A DNA stretch of 64,000 nucleotides from an uncultured Pseudomonadota bacterium. Lineage in GTDB: Bacteria > Oederibacteriota > Muellerivitia > Muellerivitales > Muellerivitaceae. Each line of letters begins with the position of its first letter. Position 1 is the first letter of the stretch. Position numbers and translations under genes: made by a program. Below the pieces are notes generated by a model that saw nothing but the letters and a program-made list of their open reading frames with translations, was not told the DNA's origin and did not search any database. The stretch is from the NCBI GenBank assembly GCA_963836235.1, contig CAWIIP010000002.1, positions 512,001 through 576,000 on the forward strand, in the 5' to 3' direction. Positions 6,744 to 16,842 of the stretch are shown piece by piece.

Positions 6744-9368
6744 CTATTCTTCGATCTTTTTCTTCCACTCCCCCAATAGGTTCAAGGCATCCCGAGGGGT
6801 AAGGCCGTCCACATCCAGGCCCTTTAGTTCTTCCAGGATGGGATGCTTGGCCCCGGTGCCAAAGAAGGACAATTGGGGCATCGCCGGTTCTTCCGTTTCG
6901 GTCTTGGAAGGCGCCGGGGCTTCGGCGGTTTTGGAAAGGAAGGTTCCCGTTTCCAGGCTGGCCAAGATCTTCTTGGCCAGGGCCACGACTTCCTTGGGAA
7001 CTCCCGCCAAACGGGCTACCTGAATGCCGTAGCTCTTGTCCGTGCCGCCTTCCACGATCTTGCGCAGGAATAGAATCTGTTCGTTCCATTCCCGTACCGC
7101 GATATTAAAGTTCTTCACATTAGGGAATGTCCCTGACAATCGGGTCAGCTCATGGTAATGGGTGGCAAAAAGAGTGCGGGCCTTTAGCTTTTGGGCGATA
7201 TATTCCACCACCGCCCAGGCGATGGAAACCCCGTCGTAGGTGGAAGTACCCCGCCCCACCTCATCTAGGATGAGCAGGCTCTTGCTGGTCGCGTGGTTCA
7301 GTATATTAGCTGTCTCCACCATTTCGACCATGAAGGTGCTTTGGCCCTGGGTTAGGGCATCGGAAGCCCCCACCCGGGAAAAGATACGGTCCACGATACC
7401 CGCTTTCATCTGCTTGGCAGGCACATAAAATCCCACCTGAGCCATGAGGGAAAGCAGGGCCACTTGGCGAATGTAAGTGCTTTTGCCCGCCATATTGGGG
7501 CCTGTCAGGACGATGATTTCAGTGCCTTCCACACCCAAGTGGGTGTCGTTGGGAACGAACTTGTCCGAGGAAAGGATGCGGTCCAAAACCGGGTGCCGCC
7601 CATCCACAATCGAAAGCTCGGTGGAATCATCCACTTCGGGCCGCACATACCGGCCCCGGTCGGCCACCGCCGCCATACAGGAGAATGTGTCCAGTTCGGC
7701 GATGATGCGGGCCACCCGCTGAAGCCGGGAAAGTTCCTTGGCCACCTGGGAACGGATGCCCTCGAAGATTTCATATTCCAGGCGGTCGGCCTTGTCCTGG
7801 GCCCCTAAAACCTTGCCTTCCATTTCCTTGAGCTCAGGCGTAATAAAACGCTCGGCGTTGACCAGAGTCTGTTTGCGGTGGTAATCCTTGGGCACCTTAT
7901 CCAGGTTGGCCTTGGAAATTTCAATGTAATAGCCGAAGACCGAGGTATAGCGGACCTTGAGGGAGCCGATACCCGTGCGGGCCTTTTCCTTTTCTTCCAA
8001 TTGGGCGATCCAACTTTTGCCCTCGAGGGAGGCGCTCTTTAGCCCATCCAATTCCTTATGGTAACCCGCCTTGATCAGACCGCCTTCCTTGAGGGCCAAA
8101 GGAGGCTCATCGTGGATGGCTTTTTCCAACAATTGTTGGACTTCCTTCAGGTTGTCCCAAACCTCCACCCTTTCCTTGATGGCCTGGGCCTTGAAACCCG
8201 AAAGCACATGGTGAATCTTGGGCAAAAGTGAAAGGGTCGTGCGAAGAGCCACCATGTCCCGGGCGTTAGCCGTTCCACACCCGATGCGCCCCGACAGCCT
8301 TTCCAAATCCGACACCTCCCGGAAATGGTCCCTCAGGGTTTCCCGATCATCCTTGCGGGCCAAAAGCTCCTCAACCGCGTCCTGGCGCCGCTTGATCTGG
8401 GAAACCGAGGTCAAGGGGGTGATGAGCCATTGCCGCAAGAGGCGCCCTCCCATGGAAGTGACCGTCTCATCCAGCACGGAAAGAAGGGTGCCCTCCTTGC
8501 CGTCGTCCCTCATGGGCTTGATGATTTCCAGGTTCCGCTGGGTGGTGGCGTCTAGCACCATGCCCTCCCCCACTTGGAAGGTCGAAAGGGACACAAGGTG
8601 TGATAGGACGCTGTGGGTGGTCTCCTTGAGGTATTGCAGGATGGCCCCCGCCGCCCGCACCGCCTGGTCCTGCCCCGATAGGCCGAACCCGTCGAGGGAC
8701 TTGACCTGGAAATGCTCCTCGAGGATTTCCTTCCCTTCGTCGGTTGAGAACTTCCAATCCTCCATATGGGACCGTTTGGCCCCATTCACGGACTTCAAAA
8801 GCCGGCCCCACTCCTCAACCTCGGGTTGGGTTTGGGGCATGAGGATTTCGGAGGGGTTGAATTTCGAGAGTTCATTGGAAGCCACGGAAAATCGGTCGGG
8901 CCCTTGGAGTTCGCAGGCCTTGAATTCCCCCGTCGTCACATCCACCACGCCAATACCCAGGCCCTGGGCCGACGGCGCGAGGGCGACCAGGTAATTGTTG
9001 GACTTTTCTTCCAGCATGGAAGCCGACAGTATGGTGCCCGGAGTGATGACCCTCGCGATCTCCCGCTTCACCAGGCCCTTGGCCAAAGCCGGGTCTTCCA
9101 TTTGCTCGCAAATGGCGATGGAAAAGCCATTTTTGACCAGTTTCGAGATGTAATTGTCCGCCGCGTGGAAAGGGATGCCCGCCATGGGGACTTTCTGGTT
9201 ATTGCCCCCGGACCGGGCGGTCAGGGTGAGATGGAGAACCCGGGCCGCTGTTTTGGCGTCGTCGAAAAACATTTCGTAAAAATCGCCCAAACGAAAAAAG
9301 AGGATCTCCTCTTTATGGATCCTCTTCAAGTCGAGGTACTGCTTCATCATGGGCGTCAAATCATCCAT
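6744..9368 (-). CDS. mutS: DNA mismatch repair protein MutS
   Basis: TPMMKQY, FFRLGDFYEMF, GPNMAGKST, DEVGRGTST motifs. Confidence 0.98.
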   Translation of the reverse strand: MDDLTPMMKQYLDLKRIHKEEILFFRLGDFYEMFFDDAKTAARVLHLTLTARSGGNNQKVPMAGIPFHAADNYISKLVKNGFSIAICEQMEDPALAKGLVKREIARVITPGTILSASMLEEKSNNYLVALAPSAQGLGIGVVDVTTGEFKACELQGPDRFSVASNELSKFNPSEILMPQTQPEVEEWGRLLKSVNGAKRSHMEDWKFSTDEGKEILEEHFQVKSLDGFGLSGQDQAVRAAGAILQYLKETTHSVLSHLVSLSTFQVGEGMVLDATTQRNLEIIKPMRDDGKEGTLLSVLDETVTSMGGRLLRQWLITPLTSVSQIKRRQDAVEELLARKDDRETLRDHFREVSDLERLSGRIGCGTANARDMVALRTTLSLLPKIHHVLSGFKAQAIKERVEVWDNLKEVQQLLEKAIHDEPPLALKEGGLIKAGYHKELDGLKSASLEGKSWIAQLEEKEKARTGIGSLKVRYTSVFGYYIEISKANLDKVPKDYHRKQTLVNAERFITPELKEMEGKVLGAQDKADRLEYEIFEGIRSQVAKELSRLQRVARIIAELDTFSCMAAVADRGRYVRPEVDDSTELSIVDGRHPVLDRILSSDKFVPNDTHLGVEGTEIIVLTGPNMAGKSTYIRQVALLSLMAQVGFYVPAKQMKAGIVDRIFSRVGASDALTQGQSTFMVEMVETANILNHATSKSLLILDEVGRGTSTYDGVSIAWAVVEYIAQKLKARTLFATHYHELTRLSGTFPNVKNFNIAVREWNEQILFLRKIVEGGTDKSYGIQVARLAGVPKEVVALAKKILASLETGTFLSKTAEAPAPSKTETEEPAMPQLSFFGTGAKHPILEELKGLDVDGLTPRDALNLLGEWKKKIEE

Positions 9369-9399
9369 TTAGCACCAAAAGAAAAGTCATATTTAAAAT

Positions 9400-9912
9400 T
9401 TATTTCTTGGGAGATTCATCGGAAGGATTATTTTTAACTGTGGGAACATTATTATTGCTTTCCGATTGAGTCGAAGGGGTCGGCTGTAGGTGATTTAAGG
9501 CGTTTTCCGCGCCTTTAAATCCCAGTTGGGCGGCCGCTTGATAATATTTTTTAGCCTCATCTAGATTTAAAGGCACGCCCCACCCGTTTTCATAACAACT
9601 TCCCAACAGAAATTCACTCCGTGGTTCCCCTTGATCCGCCGCCTTGTGGAACCACTTCGCCGCCTGTTCCTCGTCTAGCCTTACTCCCTGTCCGGTCAAA
9701 CAACAATAACCGGCGTGATATTCCCCTTCGGCGCTGCCGGCCTCGGCCGCGATCCGGAACCATTGGAACGCCTCGCCATATTTACCCATCTTTTGGGCAT
9801 CTAATCCTTTTTGAAGCATGCCGTCGGTCCCGCTTCCGGCGAAAACCACGGTTTTTCCTAAACCCATCAGGCAGACTGCCAAAATCAACACCAAAAATGC
9901 TCGTTTCATCAT
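9400..9912 (-). CDS. Secreted Sel1-repeat protein
   Basis: Signal peptide; AFQWFRIAAEAG, AAKWFHKAADQG, LGSCYENGWGV repeats; GGAGG SD before ATG 9912. Confidence 0.92.
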   Translation of the reverse strand: MMKRAFLVLILAVCLMGLGKTVVFAGSGTDGMLQKGLDAQKMGKYGEAFQWFRIAAEAGSAEGEYHAGYCCLTGQGVRLDEEQAAKWFHKAADQGEPRSEFLLGSCYENGWGVPLNLDEAKKYYQAAAQLGFKGAENALNHLQPTPSTQSESNNNVPTVKNNPSDESPKK

Positions 9913-10010
9913 TGCTTCCTCCATTCCTTGGCTAAGGCCGTCCACTAAAATTCCGTCGATCGAGTCCGTGATTCGCGTTTGACGGTTTAAAACTGTCGCT
10001 CAACTCACTC

Positions 10011-11189
10011 TTAGTCTTCAATCACAATGGCTTTTTCTTTGGTCTTGCGTGCCAGTTCCTTGGCGACTTTTTCGGCGGATGCGCGATCGGAAAAATGCCC
10101 CACCCTCACTTTATAGTAAGTGTAAGGGACGCCTACCTGTTTATCCGCAACCACATAAGAACCGTATCCGGCTTTCTTGATAAGTTTTCGGGTCTTATCC
10201 ACGTTAAATTTCTTCGAATAAACCCCCACTTGTACATGGAAAGGCTTGGAAACCATATCCGTTGGGATATTGTCCGAATCGGCCGTTGGAACCGATTCGA
10301 CGGTTTCGACCGTGGGAGTTGGTTGGACTAGAGCCGAAACAACCGTTGCGGTCGGCGCGGGAGCCTCGGCTTCCGTGGCATGCGGCAAATCCGCGTGCTG
10401 GCTTTCCAAGTCTCTCAGGCGTTCGCGGGCTTCGGCCACCTCAAAAGACTTGGGATATTGATCGATCAAAGTCTGGTAGGCGGCATGGGCTTCCTTCCAT
10501 TTCTTCTCCGCCTCATAGGTTTGCCCCAGCCTCAGGTAAACCAAATTCAATTCATCGTAAAGATGATATTGGTCGAGAATTCTCAAATATTGGTTCCGCG
10601 CGTCGGAATATTTTTTCATTTTGAAATAGGCGGTTCCCATTCCCAGGAGCGACTTGGGAGCCCAGGGGCTGTCTTTGGCGCCGTTCATAACTTTTTTAAA
10701 CTGGTCGGCCGCTTCCTTATTTGCGTCTAAGGCCAAGAGAGAAGAAGCGTACCAATAGTGGATCTCAGGCAAAGAGGCGCTTTTGGGATAATTGTCGAGG
10801 AACTCCTTATAGCTTTCGGCGGCATCCGCGTACTTATCCGCCAGGTAATAACGGGCCCCCAAATCCTTTTGGGCCTCTTCCCCTTCCGGTCTCGCGTTAT
10901 ATTCAGCCGCCAGATCCTTGAATTGGACGATGGAAATGTTGAAATCCTCTTGAAGGTTGGCCAAAAGCAAGCGGGCCTTGGGGATGAAATCATCCATGGG
11001 GTGCTTGGCCACCAATTGATTCAGGATATCCTTGGATTCCTGGTAATTCTTTTGGTCGAATAGTTTTTGGGCTTTTTCAAAGAGGGAGTGGGTATCCTCC
11101 GGGGTGGCGGTAGGGTCCGGCATCCCTTCCGAAGCCCGGAGGAGACAGGGACCGGCGCAAAACAAAAGAACTAAAATATTTTTTTTCAT
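10011..11189 (-). CDS. Secreted TPR protein with C-terminal SPOR domain
   Basis: Multiple TPRs (FLDNYPKS, LIDQYPKS); SPOR motif FHVQVGVYS...YYKVRVGHF. Confidence 0.9.
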   Translation of the reverse strand: MKKNILVLLFCAGPCLLRASEGMPDPTATPEDTHSLFEKAQKLFDQKNYQESKDILNQLVAKHPMDDFIPKARLLLANLQEDFNISIVQFKDLAAEYNARPEGEEAQKDLGARYYLADKYADAAESYKEFLDNYPKSASLPEIHYWYASSLLALDANKEAADQFKKVMNGAKDSPWAPKSLLGMGTAYFKMKKYSDARNQYLRILDQYHLYDELNLVYLRLGQTYEAEKKWKEAHAAYQTLIDQYPKSFEVAEARERLRDLESQHADLPHATEAEAPAPTATVVSALVQPTPTVETVESVPTADSDNIPTDMVSKPFHVQVGVYSKKFNVDKTRKLIKKAGYGSYVVADKQVGVPYTYYKVRVGHFSDRASAEKVAKELARKTKEKAIVIED

Positions 11190-11201
11190 GAACCCTCTCG
11201 A

Positions 11202-12557
11202 TTATCGGGAATGAACAATGGAGCCGAAGAGATTAGCGACCTTGTGGCTTTCAATCTTCACAAAAACTTTATCCCCCGCTTTGTACCCGGCTCCTGGAAA
11301 GACAACCGTCCGGTTTTGGCGGCTTTTGCCGTAAAAAGCGTCGGGCGTCTTATCCGCCGGTCCTTCCACCAGCACTTCCTCAACCTTGCCGAGACGGGCC
11401 TCACAGCTTTCTGAGGCATGCTTCCAAGCCTTTTCGTTCAGCCGGGATAATCGCTCGTCTTTCACCTCTTCCGGTACTTGGTCCAGCATCCGAGCCGCTG
11501 GGGTACCGATACGGGGTGAGTATTTAAAACTGTAAACGGCGTCGTAATGAACTTGGTCCAACAAATCCAATGTGCCCTGGAAATCCTCTTCGGTTTCTCC
11601 GGGGAACCCAATAATGAGATCCGTCGTAATAAAAAGATCCTTAATACAGGATTTGAGTTTTTGGACCCTTTCCAAGTAATGGGCTACGCTGTATTTGCGG
11701 CTCATCCGTTTCAACACTTTGTCCGATCCGCATTGCACCGGCAGGTGGATGGATTCGCAGATCGATGGCAGTCTCGACATCACTTCGACTAGCTCATCGG
11801 ATAAATCCAATGGGTGGGAAGTCATAAAACGCACTCGCTCAATCCCTTTCACCCCGCCGACTTGCTTCAGAAGTTCAGGGAAGGTGATGACCTTTCCCTT
11901 GGTCTTCAACCCCAGCCCATAGGAATTCACGTTTTGGCCCAAGAGCATGACTTCTTTCACTCCCGCTGCGGCAATCCTTGTGATTTCATCAAGAATATTC
12001 TCCGCGGGGCGGGAAACCTCGCGGCCCCGGGTAAAGGGAACCACACAAAAGGTGCAAAACTTATCACAGCCCTTCATGATTTCAATAAAGGCCCGGTGGG
12101 GTTGGGATAGCCGAGAAGGATCATTTTCCGGAAAATAAATCGGGTCAAAATCCGCCAACACCTGGCTCTTACCTGTTCCAGAAGCCGCTCGGATTACTTG
12201 GGGAACTTTCAAATACTGGTCCGGCCCGACCACCATGTCCAGGTGGGGCGCCCTTTCCATCAATTGGTCTTTGTAGCTGGTGGCCATACAGCCCAGGACG
12301 CCGATAACCCGTCCCTCTTTGCCACGCTTCCATTCGGCCAACTGGCCCAGGCGGGAAAAGACTTTGTGCTCGGCGTGCTCACGGATAGAACAGGTGTTGA
12401 AGAGGATGACGTCCGCGTCCTCCAACGTTCGGGTGAACGAAAAATCGTCTTTCAGGAGCAGTCCCGCCACATGGTCCGACTCCAGGACGTTGGATTGGCA
12501 CCCGAAGGTTTCCATAAAAACCTTCTTTTCTTTTGTTTTTCCGATCAAAGCTTCCAT
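11202..12557 (-). CDS. miaB: tRNA methylthiotransferase MiaB
   Basis: TFGCQ, NTCSIRE, GCDKFCTFCVVP radical-SAM motif, C-terminal TRAM domain. Confidence 0.97.
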   Translation of the reverse strand: MEALIGKTKEKKVFMETFGCQSNVLESDHVAGLLLKDDFSFTRTLEDADVILFNTCSIREHAEHKVFSRLGQLAEWKRGKEGRVIGVLGCMATSYKDQLMERAPHLDMVVGPDQYLKVPQVIRAASGTGKSQVLADFDPIYFPENDPSRLSQPHRAFIEIMKGCDKFCTFCVVPFTRGREVSRPAENILDEITRIAAAGVKEVMLLGQNVNSYGLGLKTKGKVITFPELLKQVGGVKGIERVRFMTSHPLDLSDELVEVMSRLPSICESIHLPVQCGSDKVLKRMSRKYSVAHYLERVQKLKSCIKDLFITTDLIIGFPGETEEDFQGTLDLLDQVHYDAVYSFKYSPRIGTPAARMLDQVPEEVKDERLSRLNEKAWKHASESCEARLGKVEEVLVEGPADKTPDAFYGKSRQNRTVVFPGAGYKAGDKVFVKIESHKVANLFGSIVHSR

Positions 12558-12708
12558 GTTTTTCCTGTTCTTAAGTGTAAAGGGGTTTGATTTTACAGGA
12601 TGAGGTAAAAGTCTTAAAGGAGGACTTTACATCAATGTTCAGTAAATTCCCTTATTTACCTGTTTTGGGAAACAGCCCAGCGTTTCTCCAAGCTACGGAA
12701 ACAACCGG

Positions 12709-13005
12709 TTATCGGTGATGCATGATCAACAAAGCAAGCAATAGGGCAAAGAGGATGACGCAAAACCGAAGGACCCACCGGGCGTTGTTCGGGGAAAAGC
12801 GGGCTCCCCGGAAACCAGGCTTTCCAGATATTCGAGTTTCCAACCGGTCTTTCAGCTGAAAAACGTTTCCTTCCTCATCATAAACCAGGGGTAGGTTGGC
12901 GCCGCAACGGCCGCAAATTTTGTTGTCGGGTATATTCATGGCCCCGCACCGAAGGCACTCCACATCATTATTCCTGCGGGGTTTGGAAAGAATCGTTTCC
13001 GGCAC
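12709..13005 (-). CDS. Zinc-ribbon protein with C-terminal TM helix
   Basis: CLRCG...CGRCG; hydrophobic C-terminus. Confidence 0.8.
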   Translation of the reverse strand: MPETILSKPRRNNDVECLRCGAMNIPDNKICGRCGANLPLVYDEEGNVFQLKDRLETRISGKPGFRGARFSPNNARWVLRFCVILFALLLALLIMHHR

Positions 13006-13010
13006 GGGTT

Positions 13011-14267
13011 TTATTTGAGCGTCGAAAGACGGGTGAGGACCAACCCCACTTTCTTCGCTTCTTCGATCATTTTTTTCTGGGTGAAAACCGCCTGAAGTTT
13101 TTTGTAGAGATCGATGACTTCCTGCTTTTTTCCCAATTTCAAATAAATCTCAGCTTTTTTCTTCAGGACTTCGATATTGTCCGGCTCCAGGGCCAGGATG
13201 GAATCAAAATAACCGAAAGCCAAATCCACCTTATTTTCCTTCAGCGCACCCATCGCCAGGTTTAAATAAATTTGCAGTGCCTCGGACCTTTTACCCACTT
13301 GCAATAGTATCCGGGCCAAACGAGGCTGGAGTTTAGCGTCATCGGGACGCTTCTGAAGGAGGCTCGCAATGTGGCTTTGGGCAGCGTTCCAATCTTTAAT
13401 TTCTTCCGAAAGAGCCAATAATTGTTCCAGCAAGGCGTCATCGTCCGGCTTTTCTTTGAAGAGCGCCTCTAATTGTTGCTTAGCCTCGGCGGGCTTCTTC
13501 AGGGCCATGAAAGTCTTCGCCAAAAGGAGTTTTAAATCCTCTCGGCCTGCTTGGCTAGCCGCCTCAATGGCGTTTTTGGCTTCCTCGTACTGCCCAGCAT
13601 CGAAAGCTAGCTGGGCAAGTTTTCCGTAATATCGGGCGACGGCCTCCAACTCCCCCTTCTGCTTGGCTAAAACCGCCAGCAAACGGAGAGTATCGATACC
13701 TTCCGGGTCGACAAGGGAGAGCTTCCCCGCGTAGTTTTGCGCCATGTCCAGGCGCCCCTCGGAAAGGTGGATATCCGCGACAGCCTTCAATTGGCCTGCC
13801 GCTTCTGAAACCATGGCGTTCTCCAAAAACAAGTTGGCCAGCTTATCCCGATAGGAAAAATTGATGGGTTCCGCCGCGATCAACTGTTGGTAAAAAGCAA
13901 CGGCCTCGTCCAAGCGGCCTTCGGCGGCCAAACGGTCGGCTTCCTGGGTCTTCGTGATGGAAAGGAAAAACTGCTTTTGCTTGATGTCCATGCGATCGGG
14001 GGATAATTTGGCGATCTTTCTCTCGATGGAAGCGATTTTGTTGGATTGGCCCTGCTTTTCGTAGATTTCTTTGGACTTCAAGTAAGCCTGAAAGGCGTCA
14101 GCATCGTCCTTTTTCTTGGCATAGGCGTCGCCCATCATATTGTGGACATGGGCATCTTGGGGATCGAACGTTAATAGTTTTTTGTATTCTTCAATGGCTT
14201 TATACCATTCCTCACCTTGGACGTAGAGAAAAGCCATCTTGACGATCATCACTTTATCATCTGACAT
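13011..14267 (-). CDS. Cytoplasmic TPR-repeat protein
   Basis: TPR repeats throughout; no signal peptide. Confidence 0.9.
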   Translation of the reverse strand: MSDDKVMIVKMAFLYVQGEEWYKAIEEYKKLLTFDPQDAHVHNMMGDAYAKKKDDADAFQAYLKSKEIYEKQGQSNKIASIERKIAKLSPDRMDIKQKQFFLSITKTQEADRLAAEGRLDEAVAFYQQLIAAEPINFSYRDKLANLFLENAMVSEAAGQLKAVADIHLSEGRLDMAQNYAGKLSLVDPEGIDTLRLLAVLAKQKGELEAVARYYGKLAQLAFDAGQYEEAKNAIEAASQAGREDLKLLLAKTFMALKKPAEAKQQLEALFKEKPDDDALLEQLLALSEEIKDWNAAQSHIASLLQKRPDDAKLQPRLARILLQVGKRSEALQIYLNLAMGALKENKVDLAFGYFDSILALEPDNIEVLKKKAEIYLKLGKKQEVIDLYKKLQAVFTQKKMIEEAKKVGLVLTRLSTLK

Positions 14268-14383
14268 GTAAAGTCCTTATGAACCACCAGGAACCTGAGT
14301 TGTAAAGTAAAGAAACGTTACTTAAAACCATTTTTCAACCTTCCTGTACTTGCATCTTAATGGCAAGGTTTGCGCTTGGAATA

Positions 14384-16000
14384 TCAAGATTTCAACCCTT
14401 GAACACTGTAGGCCACTACCTTGTCTGTCTTGCCTTTGACTTTAATAGGATCCAGCATGACGACGTCCACTTTGTGTTTAACTTTTTCATAAGTCGAAGC
14501 CGAAATCAGGATTTGTCCCTTTTCCGCGACCGATTCGAGTCTCTGGGTCAGGTTGACGTTATCGCCGATGGCTGTATATTCCATCCTCTCGTTGGATCCG
14601 ATATTGCCCACGACGACTTCACCCGTGTTGATACCGATCCCAATGTTCACTTCCCGCTTTCCTTCCATCTTCCACTTGGCCTGGAGTTCCGTCATTTTTC
14701 GGCTCATTTCAATCGCCGCTAACACCGCCCGCTCCGCGTGGTCAGGCATTTCGATGGGCGCCCCATAGACAGCCATGATAGCGTCGCCCATGAATTTATC
14801 CAATGTCCCTTCGTATTTAAAGATGATCGCGGTCATGGCCGTGAAATACTCATTCAGCAATTGGACCACTTCCTCGGCGCTCAAGACCTCGGACATCGGG
14901 GTGAACCCCCGAATGTCAGAAAAGAAAACTGTCACCACTTTTTTCTCGCCACCCAGTTTCAAACCATCCCGGTGTTGTAGGATACGGTCCACCACGCTTT
15001 TGGTGACATATTTGGAGAAAGCGCCCTTGATGACTTCCTTTTCCCGGAGGGACTTAGCCATGTCGTTGAAGGCGTCGGTAAGGTCACCCAACTCATCGGA
15101 GCGCCTGATATTGATTTTTTGGTCGAAATTGCCCGCGGCGATGGCGGATACGCCTTTCACCAAAAGGCGAATCGGCTTGATCAAAATCGTTACGAAAACC
15201 ATCATAACGAGAATGCCTAAAATCAGGACACCCAGGGTGCTGAGAATGATGGCCACCGCCACGTAACGCACAACCCGCGTAATAATATTTTGGTTCATCC
15301 CCAAATGAACTTCGCCGATTTTGATGGCTTTCCCGTCTCCCGTGACATTGATGGGCGCGGCGATGTCATAAATCAGGCGGCCATGATCCTGGAAAGTCTG
15401 GACGAGGATGGAATCCGAGTCGGCCATGGCACGGACCCCTTCGGGCGGCATATAGGTATCATGCTGAATGTATTTTTGGATATCGCCCTTAAGGTCGGAA
15501 TAAGCCTCGTATTTATTGTTCCTATCGAGAACAAATGAATACTCGGTATTGCCGCGCTTGGTATTTTCACCGTCGGGCCAGAGATATTTTTGGACATCTT
15601 CATTATAAGTATTGATAAAACCCAGTATTTGTTGCTCCCAGGGGGTCAAATCCGATGGGATATTCTGGTCGGACTGGCTGGACTCCATCTTGACGGCATC
15701 GTTCACGAATTGCATCAAGGTCAGAGAAGGGTCGCTCGTTTGGGAAACCGGCTGATTGAGTTGGAGGACCAAATCCCCGCTATTTAATGCCAGGCTTCGG
15801 ACCTGCGACTCTCCGCCGTAAACCACTTGCTGGACGAGTGTTTGTTTCATTTGGCTGAGAACCAACCAGGTCACACCTACCATGACCACGAAGATCAACA
15901 AAGTCATTACCAGGATAAATTTTACGCGGAGGGAAAAAAGGTGGTGCTTATGCCCCATCATCCCTGAAGAGCCTGGATTCTTAAGTGCAAACTGGCTCAA
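14384..16000 (-). CDS. Membrane class III adenylate cyclase with extracytoplasmic sensor and HAMP domain
   Basis: Two TM helices; HAMP DELGDLTDAFNDM; FSDIRGFT, DKFMGDAIMA, YTAIGDNVNLTQRLES (Lys/Thr specificity residues typical of adenylyl cyclases). Confidence 0.93.
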   Translation of the reverse strand: MSQFALKNPGSSGMMGHKHHLFSLRVKFILVMTLLIFVVMVGVTWLVLSQMKQTLVQQVVYGGESQVRSLALNSGDLVLQLNQPVSQTSDPSLTLMQFVNDAVKMESSQSDQNIPSDLTPWEQQILGFINTYNEDVQKYLWPDGENTKRGNTEYSFVLDRNNKYEAYSDLKGDIQKYIQHDTYMPPEGVRAMADSDSILVQTFQDHGRLIYDIAAPINVTGDGKAIKIGEVHLGMNQNIITRVVRYVAVAIILSTLGVLILGILVMMVFVTILIKPIRLLVKGVSAIAAGNFDQKINIRRSDELGDLTDAFNDMAKSLREKEVIKGAFSKYVTKSVVDRILQHRDGLKLGGEKKVVTVFFSDIRGFTPMSEVLSAEEVVQLLNEYFTAMTAIIFKYEGTLDKFMGDAIMAVYGAPIEMPDHAERAVLAAIEMSRKMTELQAKWKMEGKREVNIGIGINTGEVVVGNIGSNERMEYTAIGDNVNLTQRLESVAEKGQILISASTYEKVKHKVDVVMLDPIKVKGKTDKVVAYSVQGLKS

Positions 16001-16050
16001 AAAGGCTCCCCTGAGGATGTTTGAACGAATAGGGTTGACAAGATTGGCCT

Positions 16051-16079
16051 ACTATAAACAAGCGATTTTAGCCTGTCAA
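16051..16079 (-). promoter_or_regulatory. Sigma70-type promoter of the cyclase gene
   Basis: TTGACA-17 nt-TATAGT on the minus strand. Confidence 0.7.
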
Positions 16080-16110
16080 ATGTAACGGAATATACTGGAG
16101 TGAAATCGTT

Positions 16111-16788
16111 CTAGGAAGTGGACTCAGGAACAGAACTGGGATCCACAGGAGGTTCGGTATTGGATAAATCATTTTCCATCGCAGGAGCCAATCCTAATTT
16201 AGTCTCCCGACGGCGCAATTCCCCCTCCATTTCTTTCAGGAACTCGGGAGAAGGTTTATCACCGGCCAATTCCTGGATTTCCGAAATTTTGGGTAGGTCG
16301 GATAAATCTTTCAAACCAAAATGAATCAAAAACTCATGGGTCGTCGCGTAAAGCAAGGGCCGGCCTGGAGTCTCTGCCCTTCCCAAAATTCGGATCATTT
16401 TTTTCTCCAAAAGCGATTGGATCAAGTTGCTCACTTCGACCCCACGAATTGCCTCCACTTCGGCCCGGGTGACCGGCTGCTTATAAGCGATGATGGCCAG
16501 AGCTTCCAAGGCGGCCTTGGAAAGCCGGGTTTTCGAAATAACCTTGTAAAGTTCCTTGGCCCACTTATGAAACTCAGGGCGTGTCACGAGTTGGAACCCT
16601 TCGGCAATTTGGATGACTTGGAAACTGCGGTTCATCCCATTGATCTCTTCTTGGAGCGTGGCTAAGGCCTGTTGGACTTCTTCGAGAGTTGTGTCCTTCA
16701 CAAATGAAAAAATTTTCTTTGGCGTAAGCGGGATTTCACTCACAAAAAGCAGGCTCTCGAGAACTTTTTTAAGTTTGTCTAATTCCAT
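16111..16788 (-). CDS. scpB: SMC-Scp complex subunit ScpB
   Basis: LSKAALEALAIIAYKQPVTRAEVEAIRGV; GRPLLYATT. Confidence 0.97.
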   Translation of the reverse strand: MELDKLKKVLESLLFVSEIPLTPKKIFSFVKDTTLEEVQQALATLQEEINGMNRSFQVIQIAEGFQLVTRPEFHKWAKELYKVISKTRLSKAALEALAIIAYKQPVTRAEVEAIRGVEVSNLIQSLLEKKMIRILGRAETPGRPLLYATTHEFLIHFGLKDLSDLPKISEIQELAGDKPSPEFLKEMEGELRRRETKLGLAPAMENDLSNTEPPVDPSSVPESTS

Positions 16789-16842
16789 AGGTCCGATTTT
16801 CCTCCGTATTACTTATTATTGATAACCTTCAGTTGAACTGGA

